A stretch of DNA of 27,646 nt, taken from the NCBI GenBank assembly GCA_965648935.1, contig CBFGIY010000029.1, positions 1-27,646 on the forward strand, given 5' to 3'. The stretch comes from a candidate division WOR-3 bacterium (GTDB lineage: Bacteria > Hydrothermota > Tepidihabitantia > Tepidihabitantales > Tepidihabitantaceae). Positions 16,917 to 24,395 of the stretch are shown here, in pieces. The notes beneath the pieces were generated by a model. The model was given only the letters and a program-made list of their open reading frames with translations, ran no database searches and was not told the DNA's origin. Within the stretch, counting starts at the first letter, position 1; every line of letters starts with the position of its first letter. The translations under genes and the position numbers were made by a program.

Positions 16917-17972
16917 TCACGCTCCGCCCGTCTTGAGGGCGCCGTAGAACGCCTGCCAGAACGGGTCAACAACCGGGTGCTCGAGCCGCCTCTCGCGCCC
17001 GCCTTCGACCAGCGTCATCCCCTTCTTCGTGACCTCGCCGACAATCGCGGCCGGGATGCGCTTCTTCGCCAGCGCGCTCAGGACCGCGTCGGCCTTCCCG
17101 GGCCGGCACATCGCGATCAGCGTGCCTTCGGAGATGGATTTGTAGGGGTCGATGCCGAACAGATCGCAGATTTCCGGCACGCAGTCCATCACCGGGATGC
17201 GCTCCTTCTCGACCCGCACCCCGAACCCACCGGCCTGCGCCATCTCAAAAAGCCCGCCCCAGACCCCGCACTCGGTCGCGTCGTGCAGCGCGGTAATGCC
17301 GCGCTGCCGCACCCCGACGCTCACCGCGGCCAGCGCATCCTCGACCACCGACATCTGGTAGAAAATCCTCTCGGCCCGGCGCGCAAACGCCGCGCCGAAC
17401 TTCTTCTCCAGCAGCTTCGGGAACATCGCGGCGAAGATGCCCGACGCCTCGATTGCCGGACCCTTCGTGATGATCACTGCATCCCCCGGCCGGCAGAAGC
17501 GCGGCGACACGTAGTCCGAGAGCCCTCCCTCGGCGATGACCGTGGCCCCGCCGACCATCGGCCAGGTGCAGGTGTCGTAGCGGGCGGTGTGGCCCGTGAC
17601 GATGTTCACGCCGTAGCGCTTGCACTCGCGATGGACTGTCTTCCAGACGGTTTCGAGTTGCGCCTCGTTGATGCTCATCGGCAGGTTCAGGTCGATGGCC
17701 AGCCACTTGGGCGGCAGGCCCGAGGTGACCACATCGGAGAGCAGGATGTGGATGGCGAACCACGCGGCCCGCTCCCAGCCGTACTCGGGCACGATGAAGA
17801 CCGGGTCGGTGGTCAGCGCGAGCGCGCGCCTGCCGACCTTGATGATGCCGACGTCCACCCCGTGCATCGGCCCGACCAGCACGTTGCGGTTGGCCGCCCC
17901 GAGCCGCGGGTAAATGAGTTCCTCGAACACCTTCTGCGATATCTTGCCGATTTCGGGCAGTTTCTCTCTCAT
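16917..17972 (-). CDS. AIR synthase-family (PurM/HypE/ThiL-like) ATP-dependent protein
   Basis: 'GP.HGVDVG', 'TTDPV', 'SDV.TSG..P', 'IVTGHT', 'PGD.VIITKG', 'ALHDATECGVWGGL.EMA', 'DPY.SISEGTL', C-terminal DPFW. It lacks the HypE C-terminal PRIC. Confidence 0.85.
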   Translation of the reverse strand: MREKLPEIGKISQKVFEELIYPRLGAANRNVLVGPMHGVDVGIIKVGRRALALTTDPVFIVPEYGWERAAWFAIHILLSDVVTSGLPPKWLAIDLNLPMSINEAQLETVWKTVHRECKRYGVNIVTGHTARYDTCTWPMVGGATVIAEGGLSDYVSPRFCRPGDAVIITKGPAIEASGIFAAMFPKLLEKKFGAAFARRAERIFYQMSVVEDALAAVSVGVRQRGITALHDATECGVWGGLFEMAQAGGFGVRVEKERIPVMDCVPEICDLFGIDPYKSISEGTLIAMCRPGKADAVLSALAKKRIPAAIVGEVTKKGMTLVEGGRERRLEHPVVDPFWQAFYGALKTGGA

Positions 17973-17988
17973 GGCTCCTCGACTTTGT

Positions 17989-18351
17989 CTACCAGGCGTC
18001 GCCCGGCACCTCGACCGGGTGCAGGAAAGCCTGAAACTCGATTGCGCGCCCTTCCGGGTCCTTGCCGAAGAAATGGTAGATGCGATACCGTTCGTTGGTC
18101 TTGGGCGCGGTCGTGGCGCAGCCCTTCAGCCGGGCGTACATCGCGTCCACCTCGGCCGCGGTGCGGAAGAAGAACGTGAACATCCCCTTCGTATCCGCCT
18201 CGGGCTGGGCGTGAAATCCCAGAAGCAGGTTGCCGTGCTCAAGGATGCAGATGTCGGGCTGCTCCAGCCAGGTCTTCATCCCGACCGTTTCGCGGTAGAA
18301 CCGCGCGACCCGGTCCAGTTCGCGCGTCCGCAGGAAAACTATGCCGGCCAT
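17989..18351 (-). CDS. VOC/glyoxalase family protein
   Basis: 'IVFLRT.ELD….FY….GM', 'EVDAMY..L', 'YRIYHFF.KDPEGRAIEFQ'. Confidence 0.85.
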   Translation of the reverse strand: MAGIVFLRTRELDRVARFYRETVGMKTWLEQPDICILEHGNLLLGFHAQPEADTKGMFTFFFRTAAEVDAMYARLKGCATTAPKTNERYRIYHFFGKDPEGRAIEFQAFLHPVEVPGDAW

Positions 18352-18360
18352 CTCGGCCCG

Positions 18361-18388
18361 ATTCTATTTGCCCCTCCGGGCCCGTCAA
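18361..18388 (-). promoter_or_regulatory. sigma70-type promoter of the VOC-AIRS-MTase operon (near-leaderless)
   Basis: Minus strand TTGACG-16-TAGAAT-9 nt-ATG (18351). Confidence 0.6.
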
Positions 18389-18392
18389 CAGC

Positions 18393-18421
18393 GCTGGGCC
18401 GGGCGTGATGCCCGGCCCAGC
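18393..18421 (-). terminator. Hairpin downstream of the VIT-vWA gene
   Basis: Perfect 12-bp stem GCTGGGCCGGGC / GCCCGGCCCAGC with a 5-nt loop. Weak U-tract. Confidence 0.5.
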
Positions 18422-18436
18422 CTCACCTTGCTCGCC

Positions 18437-20788
18437 TCAGCTCCCCGGCAGGAAGTCGTACCGTGCCGACACCTTGACCGCCGCTGACGGCGGGTCGAAG
18501 CTGAGCGCGCGGACCAGCGCCTCGAGCTGGCGCGCGAAAGTGCCGGACAAGCCGCTGTGCGTCACCCGCACCGCAACCGGCCTGCCGTCGGTATCGATAG
18601 TGAAGGTGAGCGAAAGGCTGCCCTTCAGCCCCGGCCGGGACGCGCGGGCCGCGGCGTAGGCCGCGTCGAGCTGGCCGGCCAGTACCTCGAGCTGGGCGCG
18701 CAGGGCCGGGTCCGCGGCGCGACCATCCGCCTTCACCTCGGCCAGCGCGACCGTGCCACCGCCCGAGATGTCGTGCTCCGTGCTCGCCTGGTCGACCGCG
18801 GTCGGCTCGGCAGCCCGGCGCATCACCTGACTCGCGGTCAGCGACTTGTTTGTCGCCTGCAGTCCCGAGGGCGCAGCCGTCCGGGCCCGACCGGTCGCGT
18901 CGCCCACCGCGTATTCCGACACGCCCTGGGGCAGAGGCAGCGGCTGAACCACGCGCGTCGGGTCGCCGTACTTGTTGCGCGGCCGGGAATCGATCGCGAC
19001 GAACGAAGTGTAGGCGGTGAGCAGTCCGTACTGCAGCCCCAGCCGCGTCACCTCGCGGATGCGTGCGTCGTCCTCGCGCAGGCTGTTGTAGTCGGCCAGC
19101 AGTTGAATGCGGCGGCGCGCCCACAGAAAGCGCAGCGCCGAGTTTTCGGCGCGCGGCGCGCGCTCGGCAACGCTGATGACCTCGTCGTACCTGCCGTTGC
19201 CGCTCCGCCCTGCCACCGCGATGATGCCCCTTGCCCGACCCCGGTACTTGCCAGACACCACAAGCGGCCGCTCCGACAACAGGTCCGGCACGCTCGCCGG
19301 CTCCACATCGTACGCGTCGAAACCCTCAAAGCGCAGGTCGATATCGGTGAGCACCGGCCGCTCGATGTAGCGCCGGAACCGCGCCGCGGCCTCGGCAGCC
19401 CTGGCCTCGCTTTCAACTACGAAAGGCTCGCCCAGTCCGGCCCGCGCCATTCCCTCGATGAGGTGGCGGTTCACGCTTGAGCCGATGCCGAAGGTGAACA
19501 CGTTCGCCTCGCCCAGGTTCTCGCGGATCAGGTCGAATGCCTCGGCCTCGACCGACACGTAGCCGTCCGTTGCGATGACCACGGCGCGCGAGGTGCCTTC
19601 GGTCCGCGGCAGAACCATTGCCCGCCTCAGCGCCGGCAGCAGCTCGGTACCGCCGCCGCCCCGCTGCCGTTCGATGAGCTCGAGCGCGCGGGCAACGTTC
19701 GCCTCGCTCGCCTCAAGCGACCGCTCGGCCAGGACCGAGCTGCCGCCTGCGAACAGCAGCACGTTGAATCGGTCGGCCGGCCGCAGGCCGGTAATCAGGC
19801 TGCGCAGCAGGGATTTCGACACCTCCAGCGGAAACCCGTACATCGAGCCCGACACGTCGACCACGAAGATGTACTCGCGCGGCGGAATTTCATCGACCGG
19901 CACCCGCTTCGGCGGCTGCACCATCAGGAGGAAGAAGTTTTCGTCCTGCCGGCCCTTGCCCTCGTACAGCAGAAGCCCGGTCTCAACCGCGCCGCCCGCC
20001 AGCCGGTAACGCAGGATGAAGTCGCGGTTGCCCCCGGCTTTCTCCGACGGGTCCAGCCGCACGCTCGCGGTGCTGAGCCCGCTGAACGCCTTCAGCGTCT
20101 TGTGCGACGGGCAGGACACGTCGGCGATCGGCATCCCGGCCGCGATGTCAACCCCGATGCCGAAGGTGTAGCCCGGGGCCTCGCCCTCGCGCGTGTACGG
20201 ATTCGCGGTCCACTTCTCGCCCCGGTTCGCGGTCGGGCTGTTGTAGCGCGGCCCGACCACGGTCGGGTAAACAAACTCGTAGATGCCCTCCTCGGGCACC
20301 AGCAGTTCGGTGTACGACAGCTCGACCCGAATGAAGTCGCCCGGCATTATGTTGGCCACGTTCATCTGGAACACGTTGGGCCGCTGCTGTTCCAGCAGCG
20401 TCGCGGTCTTGCCGTCGCGCCGCGCCGCCTCGTAATCCTGCCGCGCCCGTTCCCGTTCGCGTATCTCGGCGACGATGGTCCGGTCGCCGATGGTCATCTT
20501 CAGGCCGTACACTGCGGCCCGGGTCGACGCCGGAAAAGTGTACACCGCCTCGATTGGCCGCTTGCCGTCATTCTTGTAGACCTGTGTGACACGCACGTCG
20601 GCGATGACGCCGGCGATGTCGACCTCGGCGGCCGTCGAAAGCAGCGGCAGCCGGTCGGTCGTCGGGTCGTCGCTCTGCACGAAGAAGTAGGGTGAAAGCG
20701 TCCTGTCGTCGCCCTCCCCGCCCGGGCCCGCGAGCGCGGCCCCCGCCGCGGCAAACAGGACCAGGGCCAGTCTGCACGAGTGGTTCAT
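18437..20788 (-). CDS. Secreted VIT + vWA domain protein with a C-terminal TonB_C/AgmX-like domain
   Basis: Signal peptide. VIT 'IADVRVTQVYKN…IEAVYTFP…AVY', MIDAS DVSGSM, 'GGGGTEL', 'TDGYV', 'YGLLT.YTSFVAID', C-terminal 'AY….PGLKG.L.L.FTID.DG.P..V'. Start set at ATG 20788 from SD GGAGG. Confidence 0.88.
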   Translation of the reverse strand: MNHSCRLALVLFAAAGAALAGPGGEGDDRTLSPYFFVQSDDPTTDRLPLLSTAAEVDIAGVIADVRVTQVYKNDGKRPIEAVYTFPASTRAAVYGLKMTIGDRTIVAEIRERERARQDYEAARRDGKTATLLEQQRPNVFQMNVANIMPGDFIRVELSYTELLVPEEGIYEFVYPTVVGPRYNSPTANRGEKWTANPYTREGEAPGYTFGIGVDIAAGMPIADVSCPSHKTLKAFSGLSTASVRLDPSEKAGGNRDFILRYRLAGGAVETGLLLYEGKGRQDENFFLLMVQPPKRVPVDEIPPREYIFVVDVSGSMYGFPLEVSKSLLRSLITGLRPADRFNVLLFAGGSSVLAERSLEASEANVARALELIERQRGGGGTELLPALRRAMVLPRTEGTSRAVVIATDGYVSVEAEAFDLIRENLGEANVFTFGIGSSVNRHLIEGMARAGLGEPFVVESEARAAEAAARFRRYIERPVLTDIDLRFEGFDAYDVEPASVPDLLSERPLVVSGKYRGRARGIIAVAGRSGNGRYDEVISVAERAPRAENSALRFLWARRRIQLLADYNSLREDDARIREVTRLGLQYGLLTAYTSFVAIDSRPRNKYGDPTRVVQPLPLPQGVSEYAVGDATGRARTAAPSGLQATNKSLTASQVMRRAAEPTAVDQASTEHDISGGGTVALAEVKADGRAADPALRAQLEVLAGQLDAAYAAARASRPGLKGSLSLTFTIDTDGRPVAVRVTHSGLSGTFARQLEALVRALSFDPPSAAVKVSARYDFLPGS

Positions 20789-20851
20789 TGCCACCTCCGG
20801 CCGGATATACCTGTGCCGGCCAGCGGCTATTCCCGGAATGCGAATGCCGGC

Positions 20852-20879
20852 TTGACTGACCGCGGCCGCAGGTTACTCT
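20852..20879 (+). promoter_or_regulatory. Possible sigma70 promoter for the receiver/ferritin operon
   Basis: TTGACT-16-TACTCT in the divergent intergenic region. Confidence 0.35.
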
Positions 20880-21033
20880 ATCCATATGCCGAATCGGGTT
20901 GCGGCTCAAAAGGCCTGTCTTTCTCGACAGGCTGAAGCGGCCGAACGCAGCCCGGTTGACGGCACTGGCGTTTATGACATCGGAGGGTGCCCGCCGCCGT
21001 CTTCTCGGTGGGGGCGAATATAGGGAGGAGTTT

Positions 21034-21423
21034 GTGAAACAAGCACACCTGCTGGTCGTAGAAGACGAAACGCCGACGCGGCTGCTGCTTGCGCTGGTGC
21101 TGCGCGGCGCCGGCTACCGCGTGTCCGAGGCGGCTGACGGCAACGAGGCCCTGCGGATTCTCCACGACGACCCGCCCGACCTCGTCCTGCTCGACCTCTT
21201 GCTGCCCGGCATCAGCGGCTTCGAGGTCTGCGCTGCGGTGCGGCGTTCGGCCGACCGCGACGTCCCGGTGCTCGTTGTGACCGCGCACGGCTCGGCCGAG
21301 AACCGGCGCACCGCTTTTGCCTGCGGGGCCAGCGACGTTGTGACCAAAGGCATCTCCAACGCCGGCCTGCTTGAAGCGGTCGCCCGGCTGCTGCCCGCAT
21401 CTCAGGAAGGAAGCGCGACATGA
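21034..21423 (+). CDS. Single-domain response regulator (CheY-like receiver)
   Basis: SD GGAGGAG then GTG 21034. LLVVEDE, PDLVLLDLLLP (phospho-Asp), VTAH, conserved Lys in 'VTKG'. Confidence 0.88.
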   Translation: MKQAHLLVVEDETPTRLLLALVLRGAGYRVSEAADGNEALRILHDDPPDLVLLDLLLPGISGFEVCAAVRRSADRDVPVLVVTAHGSAENRRTAFACGASDVVTKGISNAGLLEAVARLLPASQEGSAT

Positions 21424-21926
21424 ACGCGCCCGCGCTGCTTGAGGGCCTTCGGCTCGCGATGCTCAACGAACGCGCGGATGCGGATTTCTACGCGATGGCG
21501 GCGCGCGCGACCTCTGACCCGCGGGGCCGCGAGGTATTCCTGATACTCGCCGCCGAGGAAGCTCTGCATCTGCGCTTCCTGAAAGAGCAGTACGCGTTGG
21601 TCGCGGCCGGCAGAAACCCGGAGCCGCTGATCTCGGCCGACCACGGTGCCGAGCTCGGCACCGAAAGCCCGATATATTCCGAGATGCTGCGCGACCGGCT
21701 GGGCGAAGCTCACTTTGAGATGTCGGCGCTGGCCGTGGCCCTCAAGCTCGAGCACGAAGCCATCACCTTGTACCGCAGCCTCGCCGCCGGCGCGTCATCG
21801 CCCGAGGCGAAGCATTTCTTCAGCAAGCTTGTCGACTGGGAACAGGGCCACGCCTCGGCGCTGTCGCGCCAGCAGGCGCAGCTGCTCGAATCCTACTGGC
21901 AGGCCGCCGGCTTCGCGCCGTTCTAG
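21420..21926 (+). CDS. Ferritin-like/rubrerythrin-family diiron protein
   Basis: Two 'A…E…..FY…A…..F..LA.EE..H' / 'E..A…Y…..F..L..WE..H' diiron half-sites, C-terminal 'YW….F.PF'. ATGA overlap with the receiver gene. Confidence 0.88.
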   Translation: MNAPALLEGLRLAMLNERADADFYAMAARATSDPRGREVFLILAAEEALHLRFLKEQYALVAAGRNPEPLISADHGAELGTESPIYSEMLRDRLGEAHFEMSALAVALKLEHEAITLYRSLAAGASSPEAKHFFSKLVDWEQGHASALSRQQAQLLESYWQAAGFAPF

Positions 21927-21963
21927 CCCGCCCCGAACCCTTTCGTCTCCCGTTGCGGACCGA

Positions 21964-22557
21964 TCAGGGAGTGCCGGGCGTTGCCGGCCGATTCCTCGGC
22001 GCGCGGGACAGCTTGGTCACAAGCGACTTGAGGTTGCGCATCCCGTCCTTGATTTCCTCTTCTGCGCGGCGCCGGGCATCGTCCCGCGGCTGGCCGTCAA
22101 TCGCCTGAATCCGCCCGCGCAACTGGCCGATGCTGGATTGAATCTCGCTGATAAGCTTCTGCTGTTCCGGGGTAGGTTTGCCCACGACGACCCGGCCCTG
22201 CAGCACGAGAAACCGGTCCTCGGCCCGGTCCAGGTCCAGGTTCAGCCGGGCGGTCGCCTTGTCCGGCCGGGCGGCGCGGCGTTCGGCCCGCTGGGCCCGG
22301 TTCGCCGCACGCACCGAATCCTGGATGCGCGCAAGCTCCTCTTCTTCGGCCTGCCGCGCTCGCTGTTTCGGCCTTTGCGCGAGCACGACGATGGTGCCGC
22401 CGATGCCGACCGCGAGCAACAGCACCAGCAGGAGAATCGTTCTCCCGCCCGGCCCGGAGCCGGCCTCGCGCCGCCGGGCGCGCACGTTCTGGCCGCAGGC
22501 GAAACACCGTTCCTGCCCGGCCCTGACCGGCTCGCCGCAATGAGGACATCTAGGCAT
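21964..22557 (-). CDS. Zinc-ribbon + single TM + coiled-coil membrane protein
   Basis: MPRCPHCGEPV…CFACGQ, TM ILLLVLLLAVGIGGTIVVL, helical C-terminus. Its start overlaps the pheT stop by 8 nt. Confidence 0.75.
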   Translation of the reverse strand: MPRCPHCGEPVRAGQERCFACGQNVRARRREAGSGPGGRTILLLVLLLAVGIGGTIVVLAQRPKQRARQAEEEELARIQDSVRAANRAQRAERRAARPDKATARLNLDLDRAEDRFLVLQGRVVVGKPTPEQQKLISEIQSSIGQLRGRIQAIDGQPRDDARRRAEEEIKDGMRNLKSLVTKLSRAPRNRPATPGTP

Positions 22558-24346
22558 TCCCGCCTCCCCGCCGCGCCGCTTCCAGGTTGACATCGAACAG
22601 CGCGACCGGTTGAGTGATGCCAAAGCCTTCCAGTACTTCGGGGTGGACTTCGCCGAGAATGCCCCACGGCGCGCCGCCGACCAGAACCGACGCACAGCGC
22701 CCCGCAATGAAAGCGGTTGCATCGGCCGGGCCGAAATCCGGTTCCGCGCCCAGCTCACGCGCCAGCGTTTCCAGCGCCTGCTTGGCATCGGCAAACCCGG
22801 CGCGCGGGCCGGCAATGGCCGCGGCCAGGTGTCGCACGGTCTGCACCCCGGTCTCGGCGGCGCTGTCCAGCGCGTAGCAGTCACCGCACTCGAATATCGC
22901 CTGCGGCATCTCGCGCGTCGTGTTCGCGCGCAGGGTCACCAGCAGTCCGGTGATGAGCTGCTCCCGCGCCATTGTCTGCTCGACGCTGATGGGATTGGCC
23001 AGCCGCACGCGCGATTCAGGCACCGCGGCCCGCAACAGCTCAAAATGCTCGCGCTCGCTGGTCAGCGCCGGGGTCATCGTTTCGAGGAAACCAAGGCCGG
23101 TCATCACTCGTCGCGCCAGCGTCGAGAACTCCTCGACCTCCAGCGCCCGGCCGACGGTCATCGTCGGAACTAGCTCGGGTCTGATGTTGGCATAGCCATA
23201 GCCGATAGCGATGTCCTCGAACACGTCCCACTCGTGCATTATGTCGGCCCGGTATGCCGGTATCTCCACCGCCAGCCGGCCGTTCTCCAGCCGCGCGCCG
23301 TAGCGCATCCGCTCCAGCACCGCGGCCATGTCCGGCACCCGCACGCCGATGAGCGCCTCGGCCGCGGCCGGGGCGATGCTCACCCCCTGCGGCCGCAGGT
23401 CGGGCGTCGTCTCCTTGCGGCCGTCCGGGTACATGATTGTCACGCTCTCGACCCCAGCACCGAGGTCAGCCAGCCCGCAGGCGATGACCGCGATGGTCCG
23501 CGCCACCGCGTTGTGGTCCGGCCCGGTTACGTCGACCAGCAGGTTGCGCGTGCGCGGGGTCACCCGCGTCTCCTCGCTGTTGATTATCGGCGGCAGCGAG
23601 AGCACCTTGCCCGCCGCATCCGACAACAGCGGGTAGCTGTCAAACCGCTCCAGCAGGTGCTTGTACCCCACACCCTTGGGATGCCGTTCGAGTATCTCCT
23701 GCGGCGTCGCTTCAATCTGGCCCTCGGGCATCCCGAAGAGCGGAATGAACTTCACGCCGGTCGGCGCGACCGGCCCGTACTCGAAATCCGGTTCAACCGT
23801 ATCGAGGTCGTACACGCCGATCGATGCCCGGCGCCGGTCCCGGCCCAGTGCCCAGTGCAGGTTCTCCTGCATCTTCATTATGGTCTTGACCGTCTCGTCG
23901 TCCATCACCAGACCGCGCACCACGCAAGCCGCGATATGCGGCCGGATGCCCTCCAGCCCCGGTTTCACCGTGACCCGCAGGCCGGACGGCTCGGGTCGGT
24001 AGACGGGCAGGCCGGTCTCGATACCGAGGTGTCCGCGCAGTGCGCGCGCGAGGCCTGCCGCGTCGAACATGTCCGGGCGCACCGGCAGCAGGCTGATGCG
24101 GATGACCTCGGCAACCCCGGCCTCGTCCAGCGCCTTGCTCTCGCACCACTGGCACGCGCCGTTGAAGCTCGCAATGTCCAGCACCTCGGTCACCTGCTGG
24201 CAGCTCGCGCAGCGGTAGAGCTTGACCTCGACCACATCTTCGACGTCGTTGCCCAGCGCCTGCAGCGCCGCGACCAGCTCCTCGCGCGAAAGGCTCCGGC
24301 CGACGAGCCGCTTCAGCGTCGCAGTCGGAACGCTCACCAGCGGCAT
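22550..24346 (-). CDS. pheT: Phenylalanine--tRNA ligase beta subunit, archaeal/eukaryotic short type (598 aa)
   Basis: 'RPD…A.GLARALRG.LG', 'RPHIA..VVRG', 'QE.LH..LGR.RR.ASIG.YD', 'LS.PPIINSE.T', 'P.YRADIMHE.D..EDIAIGYGY', 'GEVHPEVL..FG…P'. No OB-fold B2 domain and no C-terminal FDX-ACB. Confidence 0.93.
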   Translation of the reverse strand: MPLVSVPTATLKRLVGRSLSREELVAALQALGNDVEDVVEVKLYRCASCQQVTEVLDIASFNGACQWCESKALDEAGVAEVIRISLLPVRPDMFDAAGLARALRGHLGIETGLPVYRPEPSGLRVTVKPGLEGIRPHIAACVVRGLVMDDETVKTIMKMQENLHWALGRDRRRASIGVYDLDTVEPDFEYGPVAPTGVKFIPLFGMPEGQIEATPQEILERHPKGVGYKHLLERFDSYPLLSDAAGKVLSLPPIINSEETRVTPRTRNLLVDVTGPDHNAVARTIAVIACGLADLGAGVESVTIMYPDGRKETTPDLRPQGVSIAPAAAEALIGVRVPDMAAVLERMRYGARLENGRLAVEIPAYRADIMHEWDVFEDIAIGYGYANIRPELVPTMTVGRALEVEEFSTLARRVMTGLGFLETMTPALTSEREHFELLRAAVPESRVRLANPISVEQTMAREQLITGLLVTLRANTTREMPQAIFECGDCYALDSAAETGVQTVRHLAAAIAGPRAGFADAKQALETLARELGAEPDFGPADATAFIAGRCASVLVGGAPWGILGEVHPEVLEGFGITQPVALFDVNLEAARRGGGNA

Positions 24347-24353
24347 ATCGCCC

Positions 24354-24395
24354 TGCCTCGCGCTCTGCGGTCCGCGCTCTGCGCTTGCCCGGTCC
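24354..24395. repeat. 7-nt periodic tract filling most of the pheS-pheT spacer
   Basis: TGCCTCG CGCTCTG CGGTCCG CGCTCTG CGCTTGC CCGGTCC. Confidence 0.6.

Noticed and set aside
16917..17972. Assignment as hypE, thiL or selD
   Set aside because: It lacks the HypE C-terminal PR(I/V)C and the SelD N-terminal Cys/Sec-x-x-Lys motif, and there is no hydrogenase context. Left at family level.
20899..21033. Longer N-terminus for the response regulator, and likewise the extended starts for pheT (24460), the zinc-ribbon ORF (22884), the lipoprotein (26029) and the last ORF (27021)
   Set aside because: Domain boundaries and SD positions support the shorter starts, and most of the extensions overlap neighbouring genes or promoters.
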